39,950 bases of DNA from Parasitella parasitica NRRL 2501 (taxonomy: Eukaryota > Fungi > Mucoromycota), in NCBI GenBank assembly GCA_025201805.1, contig MU619301.1, forward strand, positions 1-39,950, written 5' to 3'. The stretch's first letter is position 1, and the number at the start of each line of letters is the position of its first letter. The notes beneath the pieces were generated by a model. It was not told where the DNA came from and made no database searches. It saw only the letters and a list, made by a program, of their open reading frames with translations. Of this stretch, positions 1 through 10,601 are shown piece by piece. A program made the position numbers and the translations under genes.

Positions 1-344
1 ATTTGCGTAACATTGGTTGGCCGTGTTAGGATGGCTATCGTCATACTTTAGTTATTCTGTTAAAGATATCCTTGTCTAGAATGATGGGAAAAACTCATTG
101 AATGACGAGCTGCCATAATTGATATCTTTGTCATTATTAATCTTATTCTGAATGTCTATTGTGTAAGGGAAAGCACTTTGATCAGGAGTGTTTTCCTTCA
201 CACGACATTCATTGATAAGGTTTTAAATTGTATTTGTAATTCGATTTGATTTATATGACTTAATATGTTATGCGAACTCGAATGGCATGAATTGACTATG
301 CGTGACATTTGAGTCTTATTTTTTTTTAGTTACTTGCTTTTAGT

Positions 345-1270
345 TATACCATTCCATTGCACTGGCCATCCATCGGCATGATCGGGTGGTTGGCTGCTGG
401 CGTAAGTTTTTGATCTTCTTCTTGGGGACCCGGATATTCATCTTCGTGGTGTTGAAAGTAAAACCCAAAAAATCTTGTGTTTGTAACGGTGTCAGTACAG
501 TCGTGGTCATGTTGATGATGATGAATCCTGGTGATTCCAAATGAGCTATCACCTTCTTCGCCATTTCTTTTAACGTTTCTTCCTCTTGATCTAAGAGGCA
601 TATATATGTCTTCCAAAAAAATACACAAAACGTAGGCCTTGTCGACGCAATGGTTCTAGGGCATATCTCAATAGCTTTGTAAAAATCCTTGGGTCTATGT
701 TTAAACCGAAGTTTAATGCCTTGTAATGGTAAGTAATTCCTTGATTTCGGAATGCCAGAAATGGCCTTGCTTGCGGATGAATCGTTACAGCTGTATATGC
801 TTCCTTTAAATCGAGTTTGATTATGTAATCGTTTTTTTCTATTATTTCCCTCGATGCCGGGACTCCCTCCTTTTTGAAGTGTTGGACCGAATAAAGTCAT
901 TTAAATTTGTGCAATCTAGAATTGATCTTCTCTTTGTTGGTTCTTAAATGGTGAAGAGCTTTGAAAGAAATTGATTGGATAATGTCCTGTTTGTACTCTC
1001 CTCTATTATCCCGGCTACCAGAAATTTGTGTACCGCTAAATCCGTTTCCTGTCGATCCACCTTGTTCACTGGGTGGGTATATGTTGTCCATGGGATCAGT
1101 CTTTTCAGGAATCGGATCTTGTAACCCTCTTTGACAATTTGCAATGGCCAAGGATGGGACGTTATTTGCGTCCAAGCTTGGTAAAACTTTGAGAGTCTGC
1201 CATCGTCTGGAATTGCATAATTTCTTTGTTGAGTTTGTTTGTCATGAACCTGTCGAGCCTTCAAGCCCAA
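345..1270 (-). pseudogene. DIRS1-type (tyrosine-recombinase retrotransposon) reverse transcriptase remnant
   Basis: Frame-hopping translation gives GRLSKFYQAWTQITSHPWPLQIVKEGYKIRF, KLDLKEAYTAVTIHP, YKALNFGLNIDPRIFTKLL and HLESPGFIII..TPLQTQDFLGFTFNT, all typical of DIRS RT. Contains stops and frameshifts, and the YxDD motif is degenerate. Confidence 0.85.
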
Positions 1271-1274
1271 ACAA

Positions 1275-1675
1275 TTATACGTCTTGATCTAAAAATATAT
1301 ATCACCTCGTTCTTCCCTGATCAATCCACATTGCATTCTTGCCTCTCTGATTCACACTGTCATTCTTGCCTTACTCATCCACATTATACTATTGACTTAT
1401 TGATCCACGATATCCTATTTACCTAATTGATTCACGTTATAGCAAATAGTCTAGTTCACATTTCAGTGAACTAGACAGCTCGCAAAAAAAGTATAAATAG
1501 AGGCCATTTTGACCAGCAAAGAAGAGTTTTCTTCGTCAGATCTCCTCATCGAATTCCCTTATTAAATATCCGTAGCAATCTTCTTATCTTCTTCACCTTT
1601 CCTTTATTAAATCATAGCCTCCTTATTCGAAATAAACTTCTGCATATCTTCTCTTAGTACTCTGTCCCTGATTAT
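1275..1675 (+). mobile_element. possible LTR-like / retroelement terminal segment
   Basis: Non-coding and pyrimidine-rich, with TATA-like GTATAAATAG (1491), AATAAA (1631) and a perfect 11-bp hairpin at 1449-1476. No TG...CA ends or partner copy seen. Confidence 0.3.
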
Positions 1676-1845
1676 CTAATAAGGCCGTAGATTCCTGATA
1701 TTGTTGCGTTGGGGGAATTTGTTGTTGTAATCTATCCATGTAGTTGAGTTTGTTGTAGATGTATTGTTGATGGTGTTGTTCGGCGTTGTATCTGCTGATG
1801 GTGTTTTTTTTGGTGTATCTGCTAATGTTGTCGTGGTACTGTGTA

Positions 1846-2138
1846 ATTCTGAGTAGAATTGGTGAATCACTTCGACTTTTCTTTCATGAGTGGAATTATA
1901 AGTATCTCTTAGGAGTTGCAAAAATGAGGAGTCTCCTGCTGTGCTGAACATGTTCCTCTTGCGATTGGTGAAGCAGGGCTTCTCCACAGAAGGCAACAAA
2001 GGTGGACAAAATAGCAGTATGCTTGTAGTCACGCAGAATACGGTTGCGCTTCGATAGAAGTTTTTTGATTGTTTTGTTAATCCATGATTTACGGACCAGT
2101 TGGAAGGCTTTTGAATAAGACGCAATTTCGTTCTTCAT
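1846..2138 (-). pseudogene. L1-like LINE ORF2 remnant (EN-RT linker)
   Basis: MKNEIASYSKAFQLVRKSWINKTIKKLLSKRNRILRDYKHT and IHQFYSEL resemble the linker of fungal L1/Tx1 ORF2. Frameshifted. Confidence 0.65.
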
Positions 2139-3493
2139 AATTTATCAGAAAAGTGTTGTATCCATAGAATACCATGGTTACCACTATTTCAACTCAGTTG
2201 TTATGGCAACCGTTCCTGATCGGATCTAAGGTTAAATGGCATCGATTATTCTATCTAGTAAATAGATGTATTCAATAGAATGTCTTGTATAAGAAACCAT
2301 CTATTTGGGTTCTACTTATTCTAAATTGCGAAGCTCAACTTATCGATGAATGATTCACATTCATAACGATTAGAGCTGATTAAATATAGAAATAGGTCTT
2401 GCTCTGACTACTACTGTGTTATAATCTTGTTTGACAATTAAATGTCAAACATGACCTGATTGTATTTTATAGATTTATTCTAATATAAATAGACAGCTTC
2501 TTGTCCATCAATAAATCAATAGTTTTGTATCTGGTAAACTAAATCTTTATTACATTCTTATATTTTTATATCACATACAATCACCTGCTGTCCTCATTTT
2601 CAAGACCTGGCACAACAAAAAGTTCAATAGAAGTTAATCAGGTAAAGATCCGTTTATTACATTTAAAAATAGAGGGTTTATATACTTTCTATGAACTGAG
2701 GGAAGCGATGTGAGGATAAAGGTTTTAGTGAAACGGATAAATGAGAATAGTTCGAAATATGATCGGTTTGATCAAATGGAAATTCTTTAACTTGAAGGAT
2801 ATTGGATTTAGATGTAATTAACAAGCTAAAAATTACAAAATGAATCAGAGCTATGTTAATAAACATCATCCAGTTGATCCTCTCTGTAATCATCATCATG
2901 TAACTTACAAGTTATTAAGGAACACAGAAAATAACGTCTAATGTTGTCTTGTCAAAATGAAACCAATAAAAATAAGAATGGAAAGTTGTTTTTTATTAAA
3001 ATCCTGCAATTGAAAGAGATATTTATACTAAATGGCTAACTAGAAAATGTTGCAATCTGTGCGGCAGATGCTTGAATATGATAAGGAATTAAAATAAAAT
3101 AAAATTAAATAGAAGAATGTGATCGAAGAGATGATTTTGTTGACATTATTCTTGTTGTTTCTGTTGTAAGAAAGATATATATGTTGTTATTGGTATTGTT
3201 AATTAGATGAAATCCAAATTGAGAGCCTTTCATTCCATATTTTGAACCCTTTCCACCAATTCGACCATAATAACATCAAAGAAAATAAACATCAACTGTC
3301 AGTATCCTATTGAGCTTCAAAAATAAAAAGAAATATGCTACAAACACCATTTCTCTCATGTCATTAGTCATAAGATCCGGGAGATAGGGTAGATTGTATC
3401 TATCCTAAATGTCATGTCATATTATTTTATGATCTGATGTTTTACTCTTCAGTATGAGTTTATATTATATTGATGACACCCGGTTTTAGAATT
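2139..3493 (+). mobile_element. unclassified ~1.35 kb non-coding element, flanked by AATT on both sides
   Basis: Blocks 2139-2154, 2618-2731 and 3364-3493 match the reverse complement of 4142-4391. The element interrupts collinear LINE sequence. Confidence 0.6.
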
Positions 3494-4141
3494 TATACAT
3501 CACTTCAGTTCATCCCAGAAAAACTGCCCTGAACAGCCAACTGCATCAATCGATAGGTCTGGTGGTTGGTGAGCGTCGAAGAGGAATTGAATATGATCAT
3601 GAAGACCTTGACGGCAGTTCGGAACCTTTGCCGAGAATGAATTGACTTTCCAATTGCTTGGACCCCGTCAACTCATTTGCAACTCTTGACACTGATCGGT
3701 ATCAGAGAGTGGTCAGTCCATTTGTACGGAACTGGTTCCAGATCCATCCGTCTAATCTGTGGGTGATAGAAATCAGAGCAATAGATGATGTGATCTAAGC
3801 GCCGACTTTGTCCCTGAGTACCAAGGAAAGTAGGCAGTGGATCATCTTGGAAACAATCAACAAAATACTTGCAACAGCTGTAACCATGGGTCCAAGCTAG
3901 AGAGTAGATTTTTCCTACTAATATCATAATTGAAATCCCCAAGTATAAAAGTAGGTGTATTTGATTGTTGTAATATTCGTCTAATGCTGTTATTATTAGC
4001 AATTGCAGTAAAGAAAGGTGGACGCTTTCTCTTGGTTGCTGGTGCATAAATACAGAGAATGTACTACGCAATTGATGTAACAGAAGTAAGGATATATCGT
4101 TCCTCTGGGTCCACATAAGTTGGTGGAGATGTTGGTGTATC
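3494..4141 (-). pseudogene. L1-like LINE APE endonuclease remnant (central and C-terminal part)
   Basis: Motifs CIYAPA, FILGDFNY, PTF..SRRLDHI, WTDHSLI, RGPSNWKVN and FWDELK across frames, with stops. Confidence 0.8.
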
Positions 4142-4391
4142 AATTCTAAAACCGGATGTCAATAATATAATATAAACTCATACTGAAGAGTAAAACATTA
4201 AATCATAAAATAATATGACATGACATTTGGGATAGATACAATCTATACCCTATCTCCCGGATCTCATCACTAAAACCTTTATCCTCACATCGCTTCCCTC
4301 AGTTCATAGAAAGTATATAAACCCTCTATTTTTGAATGTAATAAACGGATCTTTACCTGATTAATTCCTACTTGAACTTTTCTGATAAATT
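4142..4391 (-). mobile_element. internally deleted 250-bp copy of the 2139-3493 element, inverted
   Basis: Reverse complement equals the left end + block 2618-2731 + block 3364-3493. AATT at 4142-4145 and 4388-4391. Confidence 0.7.
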
Positions 4392-4640
4392 AGATGTAAT
4401 TGTAAAATTAGAATTAATAGAGACTATTCCACAATGGTTCGTTCATATGGATGATTTTGCTTGGAATAGTGTGTTCAAATATGATTTTTGTTTGTCGGTG
4501 ACCAAGTGGGTATCTTGGGCAGCGAAAATGTCGTTACCTGAGAGGCGAAGGTAACGGAGAAAGGTTGTGATGTTTGACCAGGCTGCGACAACTCAGCGTG
4601 GCAATGTTGAGAGTAGCAACACCACCCTCTATAGTCTAGG
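4392..4640 (-). pseudogene. L1-like LINE endonuclease N-terminal remnant
   Basis: VATLN...FLRYLRLSGNDIFAAQDTH...LNTLFQAKSSI*TNHCGIVS, the APE-EN start with QETH degenerated to QDTH. Confidence 0.75.
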
Positions 4641-5023
4641 AGCGTCAATAGCTCGGCAATTACCGCGGTTGTTATTGTCATCCCAATTAGAGCCACTGGA
4701 AGGAATGCTGCCCTACATAACGAGTTCCATGGTCGATGGTTTAAGACGTTTAGTGTCAGGAGAAGCAAATTCATCAGCAGCATTGTCGGATCAACTGCGA
4801 TTCACTTTATTGACAGGCTAATCCATTGCATTGTTAATGGTCTTAACCACAGCTTGATTGACATTAGTGGGTGTAGAACCTAGCCTCTTTCATCACTACT
4901 GTATCTTCAAGAACAGGTGGCTGAGTACGGTTAGTCGCATGACTCAAGCTTGTGGATTATGGTTTGGAGGTACACCATGGCTAACTTCAGTGCTATTTTT
5001 TTTCACATTTATCATCAGTTCTA

Positions 5024-5220
5024 ATGACTAGTGATAAGGTGTTTTACTGGATGACTGGTGATACACCATTTTATCACTAGTGATGCTTTTATCACAAAGA
5101 CTAAATTGATGACCAGTGATAAATACGATAATCGCTTGTGATTAGCGATTAGCAGCATTGATAAATTAATCACTGGAGAAAAAACAGTGATTCTAGTTAT
5201 ATAGAACAATCACTGGGTGA
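5024..5220. repeat. dispersed array of palindromic 12-mers, consensus ATCACTAGTGAT
   Basis: Variants at 5024, 5051, 5073 (perfect), 5109, 5131, 5169 and 5209. Confidence 0.65.
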
Positions 5221-5549
5221 AAACAAATAGCCCTAATCACAAAATTCATTATAGCACTGGTACGTTTTGCTATGAAATTACGGTAATAAACATTTATTCA
5301 AAATTATCCAAAAAACTTTCAGCAGCAATTACATATCACGTTGGATTATGTTTCTTTTTGTTATTATAGATAGAAAAAAATTAATTTTATTTGAAAATAG
5401 GCATATATTTTTGTCTGAAAAAATTTTTGGAATATAGAGGAACTGACACAAAAGATATTATTATTATGATAAATGTTCATGGCAGCTGTATACTGTACAT
5501 ATATGATGTTGTCCGCATATGACAAGGTGCTATAATTTTTATATAGTAA

Positions 5550-5650
5550 CGAGCTGTCTCCACCCCCCGAACTACGGTGAAAAAAATTCAACCTTCGCTT
5601 TGCTACGGTAATTTTTTTCGACCTTTGTTCCAATGGGGGGTGCACAGCTC
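5550..5650 (-). other. nested fold-back, candidate Helitron 3' terminal structure
   Basis: Outer arms 5551-5568 and 5635-5650; perfect 10-bp inner inverted repeat at 5579-5588 and 5610-5619. Confidence 0.55.
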
Positions 5651-5732
5651 ACGCCTGCAGCGGGCTATCCCATTTATTGCAAAGCTAGGTAAACAAAATA
5701 AACGAAATCTCATTCTACATGCGAAGTAAATG

Positions 5733-8700
5733 TTATACATATAATTGACCATGACCAAAAACATGGCACGGCAAATATAAACCTACAGAGCTGAGTGTTT
5801 GGCCTTGTGCCTTGTTAATGGTCATGCCAAATGCTAATCTTATGGGAAATTGAACCCTTTGAAAGTCAACTGGGCATAACCCTTCAGTGGCCAAGATGAT
5901 AAACTTGATTCTCGGAATCAGAGCTATATCATTTTTGTTTGGGCCAGTAGCAATGGTAGCTTCAATAACATTTGTTTTCAGCGATTTGACAATCAATCTT
6001 GTGCCATTGCAAATGCCAGCGGCAGGGTCAATGTTTCGAATAACCATTATTGGGGAGCCAATTTTCAGATCGAGTTGATGGGGTGGCAGCGAACCATTCT
6101 CTATGGTATTCAAAATCTCCACTGGCATATCTATCTGAAGTTCTTCATCTAAAGTGCGATCATGGCTAACATAGGATATTGTATGACCTGGAAGATATTG
6201 TAAGAGCAGATTGTTGATGGCTTGGACATCTTTGTTCTTTGCAGTTAAGATAGCCCTTTCAACAAAATACTCAGGATCTAAAGCGCTAGTTGCAATGTCA
6301 AAGTAGATGCTTCTAATAAAGTTCAACAGGTTATCACCTGGAAGAAGCATATTAGGAGGGATTGGAATGAGGTTTGTTGATCTATTTTCAGGTAGTCTAA
6401 GAGTAGGAATAGCTCCTTGGCCAACCTGAAGAAGGTATTCAGCAAACTGTTGCAATTCAGCGGCAAGGTTGTTGTCATTTGATTCAAGAGCTTGTTGCAC
6501 ACGCATGTTGGTGTGCAGCCTCATCAATTGGACTTGTGGCCAGAAGCTGGCTCTGTTCAGGCATTGGCTTATAATCACTGATCTGCTGGCACCACGGATA
6601 ATGGGCAAAACCTGACGAAAGTCACCACCAAAGACAATGAGACGCCCGCCAAAAGGAGTAGTACTATCCATGATATCCTGGAAGGATCGATTGACAGTTT
6701 CAATCAAGTCTTTGCTTACCATAGAACATTCATCCCAGACAATGATCTTTGCTTTCTTGATAAAAGAAGCAATTTCTGATCGCGGAGTCATGTCACACAT
6801 CGTGCTGGTTGTTACATCTAATGGTATTTTGAATGTAGAATGGGCAGTGCGCCCGCCTTTCAACANNNNNNNNNNNNNNNNNNNNNNNNNNNNNNNNNNN
6901 NNNNNNNNNNNNNNNNNNNNNNNNNNNNNNNNNNNNNNNNNNNNNNNNNNNNNNNNNNNNNNNNNNNNNNNNNNNNNNNNNNNNNNNNNNNNNNNNNNNN
7001 NNNNNNNNNNNNNNNNNNNNNNNNNNNNNNNNNNNNNNNNNNNNNNNNNNNNNNNNNNNNNNNNNNNNNNNNNNNNNNNNNNNNNNNNNNNNNNNNNNNN
7101 NNNNNNNNNNNNNNNNNNNNNNNNNNNNNNNNNNNNNNNNNNNNNNNNNNNNNNNNNNNNNNNNNNNNNNNNNNNNNNNNNNNNNNNNNNNNNNNNNNNN
7201 NNNNNNNNNNNNNNNNNNNNNNNNNNNNNNNNNNNNNNNNNNNNNNNNNNNNNNNNNNNNNNNNNNNNNNNNNNNNNNNNNNNNNNNNNNNNNNNNNNNN
7301 NNNNNNNNNNNNNNNNNNNNNNNNNNNNNNNNNNNNNNNNNNNNNNNNNNNNNNNNNNNNNNNNNNNNNNNNNNNNNNNNNNNNNNNNNNNNNNNNNNNN
7401 NNNNNNNNNNNNNNNNNNNNNNNNNNNNNNNNNNNNNNNNNNNNNNNNNNNNNNNNNNNNNNNNNNNNNNNNNNNNNNNNNNNNNNNNNNNNNNNNNNNN
7501 NNNNNNNNNNNNNNNNNNNNNNNNNNNNNNNNNNNNNNNNNNNNNNNNNNNNNNNNNNNNNNNNNNNNNNNNNNNNNNNNNNNNNNNNNNNNNNNNNNNN
7601 NNNNNNNNNNNNNNNNNNNNNNNNNNNNNNNNNNNNNNNNNNNNNNNNNNNNNNNNNNNNNNNNNNNNNNNNNNNNNNNNNNNNNNNNNNNNNNNNNNNN
7701 NNNNNNNNNNNNNNNNNNNNNNNNNNNNNNNNNNNNNNNNNNNNNNNNNNGTGTATCTTTCACAAAAGTTGACATACAATGTTTCCTTTGCAATTTCGTC
7801 ATCAGGATTATTGGCGTTATACTTGAACCATGCAGTTAAAGTGCTTTCTGACAGTGTACGTCCCAATACCTCAGCGGGGTTATCATTTTCATCGAAGTAC
7901 ACCAAGCGATCTCCTGCTAAATGCACATCTAACCTACGACACGAAGGAAATTCCTTGTGCATTGCAAAAGATAACAATCGCCAGCATGCTTCAGCAGCAG
8001 AAACATATCTTGCATCAAGAAAGTTTTTAATTTCGTCTTGCAGATCATTGCTTCCCATGTCAATTTGAGCACGATCGTGGCCCTTGTAAATATATTTGTA
8101 TATATATTTAACATAGTTGACTTGATTGCAGATTTCAACGTTGATGTGTGCATTATACTTTGCGGCCAAATAAAGATTATGGGGCACAATCCACCTATTG
8201 TCAATGGTTGTTCTGCCATTGTCCCGTATCACAGTTCGTCCTGGCATCACTCGTCTTCTATAAGTGAGCTTTTCACCTGCATCAGAATTGCCAAGAGTAG
8301 TTTCATCATTAAACGAAAAAGGATAACGTTTTGAGCATGACCCATTTTTCATGCATGAAGCATCCGGATTCAACAACCCACATGGACCATGTATCATGCT
8401 AGTAGTAACAGTTTCGTATGCAAGAGGATGAGTGACAGGATCAGGAACCTCTGCGGAAACAATGTCATTGACATCTTCGGAAGTCCTTGGTTTGTCGTCC
8501 TCCCTCAAGATAAAAAGCATATGGCAATGAGGCAACCCTCTTTTTTGAAATTCTATTGTATAACAATAGGCCACAACTTTGCCTAAGATTGATTTCTTCA
8601 AAATATCATCGAGCAAAGCCTTTAGCTTCTGGCTAAACACTCGGGCACAGAGGTCAGGCCTGTCTGATGGTCTTTGGTTGGCTAACAGCTCGGTGACGAT

Positions 8701-10601
8701 CTCGGGCCAGGCAGGATTGCAAGTGAAAGTTATGAATAAGTCAGGTTTGCAAAACCGACGAAACAAGTTCATTGCATCCTGATATAGTTGTGCCATAAAG
8801 CGAGGCCCTCCTACAAACGATGAAGGCAAGATTACTTTCCTTCCAATAGCCCTCATATCAGCATCGTCAAGACGAATTGCATCAGCTAATCCATTGTAAA
8901 GATCCGCACGAAGGGATTTTTGGTTGAATTGGATGAAGTTTAATCTCTGCTGTTCCATTTTTGCGTATTGATCGACAACATATTGGTGAAAGAGCTTTCC
9001 AAAAGATTGCAGCGATACTTGCATATTTCTTGCAACAGTGCTATTCTGGTCCACGCGAATCATAAGGCGGAAACTGTAATACTGCATGACAGATACTTCG
9101 GCACGGTTTCTATCCACTTCGTCAGCTACAGGTTCGTCGACTTCCATTCTGTTAGGATTGTATCTCCTGATGTTGATATTCCATCCAGGGTCACCTAAAG
9201 GGAACATCAACACATAATGTAAAGGATCATAATGTTGATGCAGTTCATTAATTCGTTGAAGGCCATCACCATCCAAATTATCTTTCAAACGAAGAACAAC
9301 ATCCCTGTTGCATGGTTGGATGCTGCTTTCATCATCGCCACCAACAATCAAAACTCCAATTTCATCTGCACTGGGGGCGTTGTATCGGCGGGCATCTGGA
9401 CTACTTTCAGCACGAAATATCATGCGAATGTTCTGGATTCCACCTGGCTGTTCTCCACTGATTTCCTCCATGGATTTGAACAAATCCACAAAGGGATTTA
9501 CATCGTGTATCATACCTTGCAGTGTTTGCATGGTATGAGGTCTTATATCAGGGTTCCCAGCAACATTCAATCTGTTCTGCAGCTCATTTGCTGAATCAAA
9601 AATGTAAATTTGCGCAAATCTAGGTTGCTGAATGATGTTATTTTCGTTGGGAATCAACGCAGGACTTATCAAATGATGGACACTTCCGTGGATACGAAAA
9701 GCGTAAGCGCCGTGTTCCTCATTAGCATACCTTCTATCCAGGTCAGCATTCATCGATGTAAAACTAAGAGCAGAGTTATATGTCCTAATGTTTTTTAAGA
9801 ATTCCTTCCCAACTGCGTCGTTTCTTGTAAGATAATCAACAATTGTCGCTGGAAGTGGTCGCAGTGGTGCAACCATCGCTTGACCTGCTGCACAACACAT
9901 TTGAAAAATAGGGGTTGAAATACTGGAACTGATCTTTCTTTCCCCAATCCACATAGACGCTCCACAGAATGAGCACAGTATTTCCATTGTTCCAACACTA
10001 TGTCTTAGTACTTCTGTTAAGGTGGGATTTCGCGCAATGCTGACATTTGTTGAAGCTGTAGTCAAATTTGTAGGGTTTCTTGCACAGTTTCTGTGAGTAG
10101 TACGCAAATGCCCTTCTCGTCCACAATGACGACATATGACAGGAGTCGTATTCGTTGAGTTGGTAGCATCATTATTGAGGTAAGCATCCAAATTGATAGG
10201 GTTCCTACCACAATTCCAATGAGTGGACCTGATATGCCCCTCTCTACCACACAAAGGGCAAGTGACAATCAATGGGGTATTTATTGAGTTCATGGCACAC
10301 TCTCAGTGAGTGATTCGGCTATGGCCCTGTCTTCCACAAAATAAACAGACAATGACTAATCAACAGTGAAATTATATGTTTATTAAATACTCGCTATTCT
10401 ATAGTATAAACGTACTCTCTTCAGCTAGGTTGTTCCCGTTACTTGAGTTCATGGGACAATCTCTATGAGTTCTTCTTCTGTGACCCTCTCCTCCGCAAGA
10501 TGAACATCTAACAGCTACTACTCGATCTGAAAATTAATTTTAGAAGCTCATAATAAAGTATGCTGTGTCCTACTCTCTTCTGTGCTATTCGAACTGAGCA
10601 T
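5733..10601 (-). pseudogene. Helitron Rep (HUH)-Pif1 helicase (RepHel); exons 10601-10574, 10526-10416, 10355-5733; spans N gap 6866-7750
   Basis: Rep motifs DLFITFTCNP, EFQKRGLPHCH and KYIYKYIYKG; Pif1 motifs GGRTAHSTFKIP, IVWDECSM, GGDFRQVLP, MTINKAQGQTL and HGQLYV. In-frame TGA at 10305-10303, and the frame stops before the usual ALSR of motif VI. Confidence 0.93.
6866..7750. other. assembly gap (N run) inside RepHel
   Basis: Run of n; further gaps at 12851-12860 and 18923-18932. Confidence 0.99.

Noticed and set aside
2618-4381. Split inverted repeats as a DIRS ITR/ICR structure
   Set aside because: A third matching block at 2139-2154 and the collinear LINE flanks fit two insertions of one element better.
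6637-7839. Long ORFs on both strands through the N run
   Set aside because: Artefacts of translating N; only the minus-strand RepHel frames carry motifs.
7751-10268. Many short ORFs overlapping RepHel
   Set aside because: Antisense or alternative-frame shadows with no recognisable motifs.
10303-10305. TGA as selenocysteine or programmed readthrough
   Set aside because: It aligns to Arg/Trp, not Cys, in the sister repeats; a point mutation is simpler.
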